In this document: piece after piece, positions 1 through 12,268 of the stretch
Numbering within the stretch: the first letter of the stretch is position 1
Layout of the letters: each line of letters opens with the position of its first letter
Origin: Balanoglossus misakiensis
Lineage: Eukaryota > Animalia > Hemichordata
NCBI GenBank assembly: GCA_040954595.2
Contig: CM082576.2
Location: 15,007,129 to 15,071,128 of the forward strand
Length of the DNA: 64,000 nt
Direction: 5' to 3'
Program-made: the position numbers and the translations under genes
Notes under the pieces: model-generated
Told to the model about the DNA's origin: nothing
The model's database searches: none
The model's input: the letters and a program-made list of their open reading frames with translations, nothing else

Positions 1-1
1 G

Positions 2-166
2 GGCTACGTTGTGTACTGCATCAAGAAACGCGATCTGCGCCATTTCTTTCTGCGCGATCACAACCTGATGGTTGGACTTGATGCCGTCACCTGTGAGGCC
101 TTGGTGAAGCGATATCAAAGAGTTCTAGATTTACTGAAGGAGAACAAACTTGAGAAGATCTTTTAG
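2..166 (+). CDS. 3' end (partial) of a probable Mab-21/cGAS-like (cGLR-type) nucleotidyltransferase-fold protein
   Basis: Frame 2 is open from the window edge: GYVVYCIKKRDLRHFFLRDHNLMVGLDAVTCEALVKRYQRVLDLLKENKLEKIF* (TAG 164-166). C-I-x4-L-x-H-F-F-x4-N-L resembles the C-terminal CLxxxxLPH[YF]FxPxxNL motif of Mab-21-domain proteins. Only 54 aa are visible. Confidence 0.5.
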   Translation, partial: GYVVYCIKKRDLRHFFLRDHNLMVGLDAVTCEALVKRYQRVLDLLKENKLEKIF

Positions 167-1540
167 ACGGTCATGGTTAAAGCGATCATGATGTTGACTG
201 AACATGTTTGCAAAGGACTGGATAGTATTTCTTTGGGGGCACCGTCAGACAAAGATCCATCACTTGGTGGCATTGTCAGATCACTGGCACCCTCAAAGAA
301 TATATACTTTGATTCAAACAAGTGGGTGGACATAAATGGGAACATTGGTCCCATAGATGTGTACTGGCTAGTTTGACTGTTGTCACTGCTTTTGAGGTTT
401 CAAGTTTTACACTGAAAAGTTTTACGCAGCAGTCATTAAAGCGATTGTGCCTTTAAACCTGTCAGAATGGCAAGGTTACCCAATTTTGATATACATGTAT
501 GTCACAAGACTGAAAGATTCTGTCATGTGAAAGCACTCGGTGACATCCAACCATAACAAGACGCAGTGTAGCACGCCTGTTCTCCAACAAGACATTGTTT
601 CATGGAACCAATCAGATTGCATGATTTGGTGCCACAGTGCCCACACAGTTATCAATTTCTTTGCCAGATGTGAAATTTTCATCTGAAGAAATAAAACTCA
701 ACATGACAGAATCTTTCAAGATATCTTTTCATAAAATAAACAAGTCACTGACGCTGTACTTCCAGACTAACAGTACTAAACTGCTGTCCAACTCTCTTTG
801 TAGAATAAATCTACAATAATTCCACGGCACTATACCTCCATGTCTAATTGGTACATGTAGTAACAATTCCTCTCTTTATTCATGATGGCTGCAAGCAATC
901 AGAGGAAGATTACACATAGTGTAAATAAAGATACCTTTTTTCCTGAAATTCCTTACACAACAAAGACAATGATGCAGTCTTTAAAAGCATCCTCATTAGT
1001 ATATGATTACAAGCAATAAAACACACTTGAAAGCTAAAAATGCAACGTGCAGAAAATTGAAAATGTTATGACCCTACAAACGTTTAGCCTAGTAAAAAGA
1101 ACAAGTTGCAGACTGTGTATCGTGTACACACATAAAATGATAATGGCTGCTATTAAAAACTAATACACAGTATCAGTTTTGACGTTGCTATAGAAACTGC
1201 AGTGAAAATGTACATTGAAAAACTTCGATAGTATTAACCGCAATGCACTAAGCTTAACATCATTTGTCATTGTAGCTTGAATGAGATTTGATGACACAAA
1301 TTTGGGAATAATAAATGTTTCAGGTCCATGCAGGTAGCCATCAAATTTTGCGTGATATTGAACACACAGTTCAACAGAAGTGCTCTACTGGACATTGAGT
1401 GAAGGGTTTTCATTCGTAATTTACATCGCCATCTCTCTTCATATTTCTTGTAATAATGGAAATATTCTTAAAATATTTTTTTTAATTAAAAAATTAAGTA
1501 CTTTTATGGAATTTATGTTGGAAAAGCATGTGGTAAAAAT

Positions 1541-1659
1541 ATTATAGACCGAACATGTGAATTTATGTGGTTCAGGCAAAGACCACAATATGACCTACTG
1601 ACATTGGTCATGTGGTCTTCCACTCTTACCAAATAATTTACAATTGTTCGGTCTATAAT
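1541..1659. repeat. Degenerate palindromic (hairpin) repeat
   Basis: attatagaccgaaca...tgttcggtctataat terminal arms plus inner agaccaca/tgtggtct arms. Confidence 0.55.
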
Positions 1660-1961
1660 GTACATTATTGCACATTCATCAGAATTATTGTGCTGTAATT
1701 ACACAATAGCTTCTCAATTAAAACAACATCTATTGCATTGTTACTTGCTGAATTCAAGATGATCAGTTTTCATATTGTAGGGTGTTTTCCACTTAGCATA
1801 CACATTATAGTTCAGATGACAGACGAAATTGGTGACCATGGATCAAACTGTAATTTCATGAGGAGAGAGGTCTGTACAATAATATGACCTAATAAGATAT
1901 GACATATGACAGCTTCCATTCTGTCTTGCTAGTTGATGATGGAAATTGCATTCACAATATA

Positions 1962-2180
1962 CTGTAAAACGGGTAACTTTCGCGAGCAATAAATTTTCGC
2001 AAAATACACGAGACTATAAAAAAAAACATGAAAAATAAAAAGTCGGGTAAATGTTAATTGTTTTTCGGAGATAACGATGCAGTTAGTGAAATACGAGCAT
2101 GCGAAGATTAATCCTCGCGTAACAGTTGCCACTTTTGAAATTGTGAAAATTTCCAGTCGCGAAAATAACCCGTTTTACAG
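1962..2180. mobile_element. Tc1/mariner-superfamily (Tc2/pogo-like) MITE with TA target duplication
   Basis: TA|CTGTAAAACGGGT...ACCCGTTTTACAG|TA terminal inverted repeats; related element at 53836-53989. Confidence 0.75.
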
Positions 2181-2236
2181 TATATCATCTGCATCTATTC
2201 ACTGACAGCAATCGTTTTCAAATAGAGTACGTGTTA

Positions 2237-5200
2237 TCAATCAGTCAGAGGAAGAGGTATATCCATTTCAGCGCAGACTTTTCCAATGCACACTATTAAG
2301 TACTCCATGTCTTCGGGGAACAAGTGTCCAATATTCCCAATCCGAAAACAGCTGGCATTGGTGACTTTGCCCGGATAAATCACTTGGCCTAAAAATTGGG
2401 AAAACCCCCAAAGGAAGCAAGAAATGAGAAAGGGAGGATGTCAGCATGGTTGTGGAGAAGGGAGACAGATATTGTTTGACCTCTTCTATATCTCACTTGA
2501 AACTGAATACCAATATTTAATAGGCACTTCTCACCTTTTCAAAAGGGGATGGGGGAGGGGCCTAATGCATGACATGCATGCATCATTACTATGTCACTAC
2601 TGTAACAGCAATAAGTGGACTGCAGTATTAAAGGGACAAAGTCTTTCTTTCGCTGCCCTTTTTCCATTAATTATGTTTGATACGTACAAGACAACATGTG
2701 GATCTTGAGTTAACGTACCACAACATACAATTTCCATCCCGTTTGTAGGATATGAGAGCAAAAATCTCGCCAAAATGAATAAACAGTAGTCTTGTCTCAA
2801 ACATAATTAACGGAAAAAGGGCAGCGAGAGAGAGACTCATTGTCCCTTAAAATGTTGCAGTAGCCACATCATTGTAACATTGCCTTTTTGGTTCAGACCC
2901 ACTGTTACGGCTGCAGGGCTGTAACATTGCTGTAACAGCGCTGTTTAATACAGCCCTGCAGTTTATTTAAGGGTGTCGAAAATACAAGAGTGAGGGGCCA
3001 AAGTGCGGGACACGCACAGTGCTATAAATGGCACTCTGCGGGATATCCGACGCGCAGGGAACGGACCTTGCTCTGTTCCCGGCGTTACACGGCCTCCACC
3101 ACTGGAGGCCGTGTAGTGTAACCACAGACCAGTACGCAGATCTAGGAAGGGACCGTTTGATTTTTCGGCAGAGCAGAACTACACGTAACCTAATGTGTAC
3201 TCGGACAGAGAAAAAAAAATGAGCAAGGCCTGTATGGCTTGTGAACGACGTTGCATAAACGTGTGTCATCCTTGGGTTTACCACTTACGAATGCAACATC
3301 AGGACAGTAGAAAATGTCGATTGTGGGTGGTTGATCGCCCGATCATTTATTATTTTCAACGCCAGAATGTCGTCGGACGTCGTCAAAAACACGAGAGACC
3401 TCCTCGAAATGCAACAGGACAGTAGAAAATGTCGATCGTGGGCGGTTGATCGCCCGATCATTCGCCCGAATGTCGTCGGACATTGTCAAAAACACGATCG
3501 ACCTCGAAATGCAACATGAAAGTAGAAAAAGCCGGTCAAACACGATCGACCACCTCGAAATGCAACATGAAAGTAGAAAATGTACGATCGAACTCCTCCA
3601 TGTAATCAAAGCCAAGGGTCCCGCAGAGTCCCACATCTTGTGCAGTGTGCGTGTATTCCCGCAGAGTGCCATTTATTGCACTGTGCGTGTCCCGCACTTT
3701 GGCCCCTCACTCTTGTATTTTCGACACCCTTAAATACCTGCCTGCAGCCATAACTTACATCCTTAAGCGAAACAGTCACCCTTGTCATAACAGACACGAA
3801 ACATTCATAGACTTTTTCATGTCTGTTATGTTGCATGGCTATAGACTATTAGCATTTTACCTTTACTGCTGAGACCCTGGTAAAACTCTTGAAAGTTAAA
3901 CTTGGGATGTTTTGGGTAGTGATACGACGTGATGATGTAGCCTTGGTCAACTTTGTCCAAGAGGGGTCTGAAACCCAGTCTTCTCATGCCGTCTTGCAAG
4001 ATTTTGTTGTTTGTTTTGTATCTGGAATGCAGTTCACAAGAAAAGATTTGTCTATTAATTGTCATACTGGATATGAACACTAATGCCAGCTGTAAACAAC
4101 ACTGAAAGAAAAACCCTTGAATATAATTTTTGTCATTCAGTGGCTTTTTCCCTCTGGACTACACATTTCTTATTTTTCCAGGCAGTATTTTCAAATGCAG
4201 TCAAACCTGTGTTTAAATAGTGACCATCTCTATATAGTGACCACCTCTATGTGTAGTGGCCACTATGCTACAGTCCCTGTGCAACTTACATGTGCATTGA
4301 TTGACCTGTCTATAAAGACCACCCGTCTATAAAGGCCAGCTTTGAAAGTCCCTTGACTGGCCACTACACACAGGTTTGACCGTGGTTGAGGAAAACTGAT
4401 AAAACAATTATAATGAAATGTTTTGACACTTGTACAAAATGACATACCTTTCAGCTCTACCTAGAACGCCACCTTCAGCCTCAAGTTCCCCCAACGCTTG
4501 CTTGAAAGCCAACATTACATGTGTTGGAGGGGTAAATCGAAATTGAGCATTATTTTCAAGACCTTCATACTGTGCCACAAGATCCAAACTCAAACTTCTG
4601 GCCTGATCTGTATATCGTCAAAAATAAAAGTTACAATTAATAATTATATTAGAGCTCCAGTAACTCCAAATTTTGGCTTTTCTCTTAGTATTTTTGTTTT
4701 GTGGATCAGGTCACATGGTTTCTTGTTCTACTCAGTAAAACATGAAGAATCTCAGTAGCTAATGTACATGTATGTACAATCAGCTGCAGCATTACTGCAC
4801 AGTTGAAATGTCAGTCCACAATAACCATGATTAACATTATAGGCAATGTTGACTGGAAGAATAATGGGCATTTGGGCATGTGTGCGGATAAACAGCACAA
4901 AAACAAAAATATTGAGAATATAACCTAAGGATATAACAAATGCCCCTCTAATCCAAGTTGAAACACATTTGACAATCAACAAGCAAAATATACTGCTACA
5001 AATATTGTGCTGCAGTATTTTATAAAAACAGGGTGAATCTGTCCAGCAATCAGCTAATTATACACAACTGTGATTGGAATTTAAAATTGATAGTTTTACC
5101 ATTGTCTTTCACAATATTCTTTTTTTTTTTTTTAAATCTGCTTGTTTTTCAGTTTTGTTGTTGGACTTTTCATTGTATTTTAATTACACTTATGTGGGAT

Positions 5201-8200
5201 TATATGTACACTGTGTTTTAAAATTTGCTCCCCCTGAGAGTTACATATTTGATTAATCTCCAATGCCCAAATATAACATTGTGATTTGTATTTTTGTTCA
5301 CTGCTTCATGAGTTTGTATGTATTTATTAGGAAATGCTCACTGTTGTATCCATGCATATTAAATATCAGACTACATTCAAAGCAATACCTTTTATCATAG
5401 ACAGCTTTCATAGGACAGCTTTTATAATACAAGATCTATTTCTTTCATGGAATTTTTAAGAAAGATTGTCTAACCTTTGCATTTGAGGAGTTTGTCCGTT
5501 TGAGCAATCACATATGCAAAACCTGGAACACCTTCAATACATTTATTGGCTGAACTGACCAAGAAATGCACATTGCTTTCTTCAATATCCAAAGGAACAG
5601 CTCCAAAGCTGCTCATGGCATCAACAAAATAGCATGCATCTATCAATAAAAAAAGATAGAGATAACACGTTAAGCTATATTTTTGTACAGATTTGCAGAA
5701 AGGGTTTGTACAATTTTGGGTTATGGGATTTTACATGTTAAGTTCTATTTACATTACTCTCATGTTATGTTTTCATGGGTTTTCTCGGGCGTACCTAAGA
5801 CATTTTACATCAGACCTGGACATAATATCCATCCACCCCTGTGCAGCTGTTCAGAGTGATTATTAGACAGTGTAGGCACCAGCGTCAAAAACTTAATAGT
5901 TTGGAAATGATCTGATTTACAATTTCTTAGGTAGTCATTGTTCTTGTTGTTTGTATTATAAATCTCTCGTGGATGTTTGAAATCATGGATTATGGAATAG
6001 TAAAAACAATTTAATTTTTTTCTTCTGTGTCTTCCATGTTTCTTTCCAACAATTGAAAAAAGATTCTGGCAAGACAACTCTGTTGTCCACACTTGATCTT
6101 GAGTTTGTTTATCATTGTGAAAAGTGACAAAAACTTTTGAGAATCATAATGAAAAGTATATGTACTCACAAATTGAACCTTCAATAAATCCATACCTGGA
6201 TTATATTTCTTAAGTAGAGCTCCTACTTCAGTGACCGAATTGAACATGCCCGAGCTGGTCTCACAGTGTACAATGGCAACATTGGTGAAAGTATTGGTTT
6301 CTAAACATTTAGCAACTGTTTGAATGTCAACTGGCTTGTCTTCAGGAAAACTCAGATGAACCAGTTCAGCACCGAAGACCCTCACCATCTGGCAAATCCT
6401 TTTTCCGTACGCGCCATTTTCAATAACAAGTACCTGTTGGAAGACATCCACTTCAAAATTCTTGTCTGCTGAATACATAATAAATATGGTGGGATAAATA
6501 TCAATGCCAGGGGTCTTCTTCCTTGCAGAAGTACATGCATATTTAGTATACTAGGGGGTGTGTTAAAATCTGCAATTTTTGGTCTAAAGCTCTTAATTTT
6601 AACAAGAGACTAAAAGAGCTGTGATAAGCAACCAACGCCCATGTGATGTCATACAGACCAGACATAAACGTCAACATTATCTATGCAAATTTGTAATGTA
6701 TGGTCAAGTTTTGCATGTGGTACACCCGTTGTTGGGGAGTACCAAAGGCAGGCATATTTTTTTAAGCTGTAGCAATTTTTAGGTTTGATATGAATCTCCA
6801 AAAGCTCAATGCTTTGAATAGCTTAGATTCTGGACACTAAACAGGGCTTAGGGACTGGACTTTGTAAGGTTTTTGATTGGCCAGTTGTTTAGTCAGTTAA
6901 GTTTTCAAACAGATGTACAACAGGGATACAGTGATGTCTCCGCAAGAATTTCTCATATAGTGACTTCTAATTTACATAACAATAGAAATAATTGTTATGT
7001 TAATTAAGTTCTATTGTCTTCTCAAAATTAAAGAGTGGTGGCCACCATGCTTTAATTCCTCTGGGGAGAACACTGGGATATGAATGATGTAACAGGCATG
7101 ATAAGGCCTTACAAGGTGAAGCATTGTCCCCAGTATCATGTTTCAGTAAAAATAAACAGTCAGCATTTTACAATATGCGTCCAGTTACCGGTACAATCTT
7201 ACGCTCTATCGCAGATGACAAAGACACCACAAAATGCCAACACGAAGATATGTGATACAGGAAAATATTGCCATACTTTTCCAGCTTTCCTTGGGATTGT
7301 AGTAGATAGAACAGCTTCAACAGAGAATGTACCACTTCCTTGCATTATAACGCATGAGTATTTGTCTGCAGATACACCTATCAAGAGATTAAAGGGACAA
7401 AGTCTCTCTTTCGCTGCCCTGTTTGATACAAGACACCACTTATGTTATTCTACATGTGGATATATAGTGAATCAATGTTGGACCAGCTATATCGACAATT
7501 ACAGTAATTGTATTATAGTTGTTAAGGTTATAAATGATGAGTTGCTTCGTAATAAATAAATGAAAAACTAAACTTAGTAGTTAAGATACATACCTGCGAC
7601 CTCTAGTAATTTATTTCTGATGAACTTAACAATATTGATAAATTCTGTATCTCTGGATCCTAGATCTCTCATCATAGCTTGTCGCGTTGTTTGGCTGACT
7701 CCCAAAGGCCCTGGAGTGAAAAGCTTTTTGCCACCTGTTCAATCAATTAGACAAGAGGTGTGTACATAGTCTGAAATGACATTTTAATACCAGTATTTGA
7801 AAGAAAATGCAAATCTAAATCTGTGACGTCAGCTGTTTTCCATCTGTCAAAAACTGAATTCTTCTCAAAAACTACTGGTCATACAGTTTCGAATTTTGAT
7901 AGCAGAGTCTGAAAAGTTTTTGACCTTGAAAGGCAACTGCTCCAAAATACAATATTGCAGATTCTGTCACAATCTGAACAAATCTGAATTACTGATAGAT
8001 CACACCCAGGGACCCGCACACCAAATTCCAGAGAAATAATACCTTCATTTTCAATTTTACTGAACGCTCAATCAATACATTTACAACTTACAAGCGCCCG
8101 ACAAAAATACAATAAATTGCTCGTGAAAAAACGAAGACAGTCGAGATTTTGCAGTTGGAATTACATATTTATCAATACTAACATGCGTGACAAGACGTCA

Positions 8201-8327
8201 ACCTTGTAGTTAGTCGCGCAAAACCTGTTCCCATGGCAACATGCCGAGTGCGTATGTAATGAGGACAAAGGTCGCTCGGCGACGCGACAGGTACTCGACA
8301 CGGTACCTCACATGCACACCACATCAT
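2237..8327 (-). CDS. phnW: 2-aminoethylphosphonate--pyruvate transaminase (PLP fold type I), copy 1, canonical; spliced
   Basis: Exons (minus): 8225-8327 (tentative first exon, MMWC...MGTG, weak gtttgc donor), 7594-7734, 7277-7377, 6196-6433, 5475-5639, 4448-4607, 3861-4021, 2237-2388 (TGA 2237-2239). All introns GT-AG, frame continuous. Motifs [39 protein letters not shown] (PLP Lys), [20 protein letters not shown] match PhnW/AEP transaminases. Confidence 0.92.
2632..2847. mobile_element. Kolobok-like MITE (family A), in phnW1 intron
   Basis: TTAA|AGGGACAAAGTCT-TCTTTCGCTGCCCTTTTTCC-TTAATTATGTTTGA and its inverse at the other end (~50 bp imperfect TIR), TTAA flanks. Related copies at ~7393-7500, ~21500-21764 and ~27135-27410. 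Confidence 0.7.
2971..3729. mobile_element. Non-autonomous TIR element (Kolobok-like: TTAA TSD, GG termini) with internal tandem repeats
   Basis: TTAA (2967-2970) GGGTGTCGAAAATACAAGAGTGAGGGGCCAAAGTGCGGGACACGCACAGTGC... and its inverse ending at 3729, then TTAA (3730-3733); ~75 bp near-perfect TIRs. Internal repeated units (cgaaatgcaaca..agtagaaaa) at ~3285-3595. Explains the mirrored ORFs ending [16 protein letters not shown] on both strands. Confidence 0.85.
4198..4382. mobile_element. pogo/Tigger-like MITE (degenerate)
   Basis: CAGTCAAACCTGTGT...ACACAGGTTTGACCG TIRs with internal repeated gaccacctcta motifs. Confidence 0.6.
6929..7075. mobile_element. Short TIR element (CAGTGTTCTCCCCAG family), degenerate copy
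   Basis: Reverse-complement homologue of 62623-62768; right TIR ctggggagaacactg intact, left TIR degenerate; GGATA on both flanks. Confidence 0.7.
8227..8240. promoter_or_regulatory. RFX X-box-like palindrome near the phnW1 5' end
   Basis: GTTCCCATGGCAAC differs by one base from the palindrome GTTGCCATGGCAAC; it overlaps the tentative first exon. Confidence 0.35.
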
Positions 8328-8951
8328 GTCAACAGATTTTATCCAGATTGTATAACATCAGCTGTAGAAATAGGCGTATATTTGCTCGGTCGTTGCCGTC
8401 TGCCGCCGCAGATGACTGACTTTTGTATTCCCTTAGGGGCCTTACATTAGTGTAGTACTGTATCCTCGGCATCAAGGATCGTGAGCTGATCCGCATCTTT
8501 TCCTGACATTCAAATTTTACCAGTGACCAACAGTAGTAGTCCTGACATTCTGTATTAAAAGATCATGGATGTATTTACTTCGTTTACTCGCATGGCCAAG
8601 GGGTCCAGGAAATCAAAGCTACAGTCCCACAGGCATCGGAATCAGGCTACCCAGTGTGATTCCGATGCCTGTGTTCAGTCCTACCTTCCGACATCGTCGG
8701 TCCCTCTCCGGTCTCCCGGCCCCTGTATCGCGATGTCGATAGTAATAGCCTAAGCTTAAGATCTGCCTAAAGTTTTCTTCCTCCCACTCATCTCCAACTG
8801 GATCAGTCAAACGGATGAACGTTGGCCTGGCGCGATATCTAGTGCATTGTTTCGAGATTTCGAGATATAATTTCTAAGAAATTATTGTTATGTGAGGGCG
8901 CTGTGATGGTATATCACGTGGTATTGATTTACAGGTGAAGTGGGTCTACGC

Positions 8952-9221
8952 TAAGCCAAGGTCATAGACACCTGAAGTTTTGTATAGTTTGTCTTTCAGC
9001 CAATTCGTTTGCTGTTAGATCATATCTCTCTAAGTTTGACTGTATTGTTAATGTTAGTTAAGCCAACGGTCATAGACACCTAAAGTTTGTTCTTCTTTTT
9101 ACTTTGTGTTAAAGCCTAATGTATCAGCCTGCCATGATATAGATGTCTTTCATCAGCCAATTCGTTTACTGTAGGTTATTTCTTTAAGTTTTAGTGCACT
9201 GTTAATGTTAATCAAGCCAAC
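8952..9221. repeat. Imperfect direct repeat, about two units of 110-150 bp
   Basis: Recurring aagccaa(c)ggtcatagacacct-aagttt, cagccaattcgttt-ctgt and tgttaatgtta segments. Confidence 0.55.
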
Positions 9222-10685
9222 AGATTTTTAAGCAGGTAATCTAACGCTTTTCCAGAGCATTTTTTCCTTCCCATGAGAGAAAGGTTTCAACCTCTGGTTT
9301 TTAGTGCGAGGTTCCTGCACGAAATCTTCATTTGATGTAGCCAATTGTTCATCTTTTCCTCGACTAGCTTTCATTGCACGGATTGAATGACTGAATAAAG
9401 TTGTCCTGGCTGCGTCGTAGCTACATACATATACTGCTTTTATGTTGTGTTGGAGTATGCATGTATATAGCCCGGAGATGAAACAAAACATATACATTGT
9501 AAACAGGTGTGCATTAAATAAGATCAGAAATCCTGCACGGCGGCCCCGTTTCTACCTCTGACTGCGCTGTGCCGGCTGATTTCAATGGCCTTTTGTTTTG
9601 CTGTCTACCAACACCATGTATACATGTATTATGTACACAGATGATATTTTTACGCGTGAGTGCACAGTTATCTATTTTGCATAACTATTAAAACCTTTCA
9701 GTTACGGAAGAGAGAAACATTTTTTTGATAAACGCACATTCTATTTTACATGTAATAGCCCCAGCCCACATTAACCTACTACTTAGAAATATCAAACTTT
9801 TACGCAAATGTAAACATGGTAAATGTATATAATTATTTACATCGTGCTAGGTATGTGAAAATGGCATTTGAAAATTTAAGTGCCCTGGTTTTTATATTGA
9901 CATAATTTCTCATTAAAGACAACGTTAAAACCCCCATAAACCATATATATTCTGGAAGCTGAGTTTTTGAACTTTTGTTTGCGTTGCAAATATTATTGAT
10001 CCCCGGAAATGGTGGCGATTTTGGGTTAAAAACCCCATTTTTTGATATTATGTCATAAAATTTAAAATAGGTAAAAAAGTTGACCATGCATCATGCATCT
10101 TAATATGTCATTCGAAACTAGAGTACACGTGCAAAAAAACGGTAATTTTGTTTTGCGTTATCTGCTTCCATTGAGGAGTAACAGCGTTTGAAAGTTAGAT
10201 TTTTAGTAAAATTTGATCAAATTCACGGTGAGTTGTATTGAATCAGAGTTTATTCCCGCCAGGGACACTTTATCGACTAACAAAAATACCGTTTTGTTGG
10301 CTGGGTCAAACACAATCCCCAGTTAAAATTTAAGCAAATTCGGCCAACGCAGAGCGAAGCTATTTTCGTCTGAAGTTGTCAAGAACAGCGAAAATGCAAA
10401 CTGAGAAAAACGGCCATTTGCATTGTTGACACCTATTTGTTAAGCTGTGAACTCATTCAGAAAAGTGCTATTTCTGGGTGATTATGCACCATTTCCGCCA
10501 AGACGTATTAGTCAGGATGTGGGTCAGTATTAGGCCTACCGATTTATGTAAAAAAGTAAAATTTGGCAAAAATCACAACTTTTCAATAATATGTTCGGAC
10601 GTGTGGGCGTGGCACTTGCACTCGGCCATAAATGACTGAGCGCGCCCTTGAAAATAACGCTTCGAAGAAGATTCGTCTACGTCAA

Positions 10686-11000
10686 CGGTACACGGTCACC
10701 TATGCAAATTTAGCCACTGTTACTATTAGGAAATATCTAATCAGAGTTTTTTTTTCAGTTGGTTGGCACACGCGGAAAAAGTGCGCCACCACACGGTCAT
10801 TCTAAACCCTAGACACACCCCTTTACCCATTCGCATACTATAGTATGTGATTTAGAGGTGACCGTATACCATTAAAGGGACACATCACCTATGCAAATAA
10901 CGCCACAGCCACCACTGATTTTCGCAGGGTGGCCACGCGAAAAAAGTGCGTCATCAAATGGTCCGCTCAAAGGCTTATAGACACGCTCATTTTATCATGT
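10686..11000. mobile_element. Two adjacent diverged copies of a Kolobok-like MITE (family E, GGTAYACRGTCACC termini)
   Basis: ggtacacggtcacctatgcaaat...gaggtgaccgtatacca-ttaa followed by a second partial copy; same family as 19195-19361 and 47255-47434. Confidence 0.6.
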
Positions 11001-12049
11001 ACGGACACGCACAGGTAATATACACGCTGTTTGACAACACATGAATCAAAGTGAAAATGAAAGGAACACTGCGAATAAATAACTAACCGGTAACCGTTGG
11101 CTGGGAGTCAATTTCTCATATTATGGCGGACAATATTTGTTACAGCTCTGTTGAGCTGACCGAAGCTGACGTCCCCGGCGCGACGCTACCGGTGTCCGAC
11201 CCGTCAGATGCAACCGTAGAACAGCTACATCGTTGGTTAACTTGCAGAAGGGGGGCATTGACATCGGGGACAAAAGAGGAGCTGGTGAAAAGGTAAGCGA
11301 CCATGCAGATGAACATTGATTGAAGGACAATCGAACCAATCCATGCGCAATATTCCTTGGCGCTTCGTATGATCCATGGCATTTTGCTGCCAAAATATAT
11401 ACCTACATTGTACTAGTATTTAGACAGGTATGACGATATACAGGCTAATAGCTTTCAATGCCATTTATATTCTTGACACATGTATCTATATATCTATTTA
11501 CAGTAGGTGTTAACCATTAATTGGCCGCAAAATGTCACAAACGCCGACCACAAAAAAAAAAAAAAAAAAAAATCAAGCCAGGCAGCCCCCACAATGGTGA
11601 AGATTAGGTACACCACTGTTCGATTTTTACCGGGGACGGTTAGATAGAGCACAGAGATTGGTCATTTTGCAGGTGACCCCCCCCCCCCCCACTAAACGAA
11701 TAAAAATCCCATGACCTTCCCACTTCCGTGTTTTCTCATAAATGTGCACTTAATTTACGTATCTGCACAAAGGTGTATACATGTATATGGTTAGGGTGCA
11801 GAGTAGGAACATAGGTAGGTATAGAAAGACGGTTTCGGGTTTAAAAAGAATACATTGTATATATGTCACTCATAATAGACAATTTATGTGTGCATGTATC
11901 TGTATATTTTTTGTTTGGGGTTAAAGTGTTTATTTATTTTCTTGTTTTCTTGTTTTGTTTGCATTGTGCTTGCTTCTGATTTCCTGACACGGTCCGCGGG
12001 TCATATAGGTCTCGACCTTTGTTCTTTAGCAGGGGCCGTAGATAATTAA

Positions 12050-12268
12050 AGCCCCTATAGCTGCCAAATTTCACATATTTCTTACACAGTAAACTACTTC
12101 AAATATATTCCCTATCCTCTCAAATCCTCACCATTAAGCCATATCACTAGAATCAGTTTGTCATCTCTTGGCGACGCATAATACAATAGCTGTGTACTGT
12201 TTGTATGGAGGCTGATTTAAGTTGGAAAATAAAATCATGAAAATAATGCAAAAAATGGCAGCTATAGG
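12050..12268. mobile_element. Degenerate Kolobok-like MITE
   Basis: TTAA|AGCCCCTATAGCTGCCA ... TGGCAGCTATAGG inverted termini. Confidence 0.4.

Noticed and set aside
173-2132. Short ORFs in the track (173-376, 476-682, 637-819, 1929-2132)
   Set aside because: No recognisable motifs; they lie in the probable convergent 3'UTR region or overlap a MITE, and several rely on non-ATG starts.
2967-3872. Cluster of overlapping ORFs with repeated LEMQ..SRK peptides; possible CRISPR-like array
   Set aside because: They are translations of the TIRs and internal tandem repeats of a MITE. Units are adjacent and degenerate with no unique spacers, and the context is eukaryotic.
8619-8845. Minus-strand frame RYRARPTFIRLTDPVGDEWEEENFRQ, faintly like a Harbinger transposase N-terminus
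   Set aside because: Too short, with no DDE core or TIRs recognisable; cannot be supported without a search.
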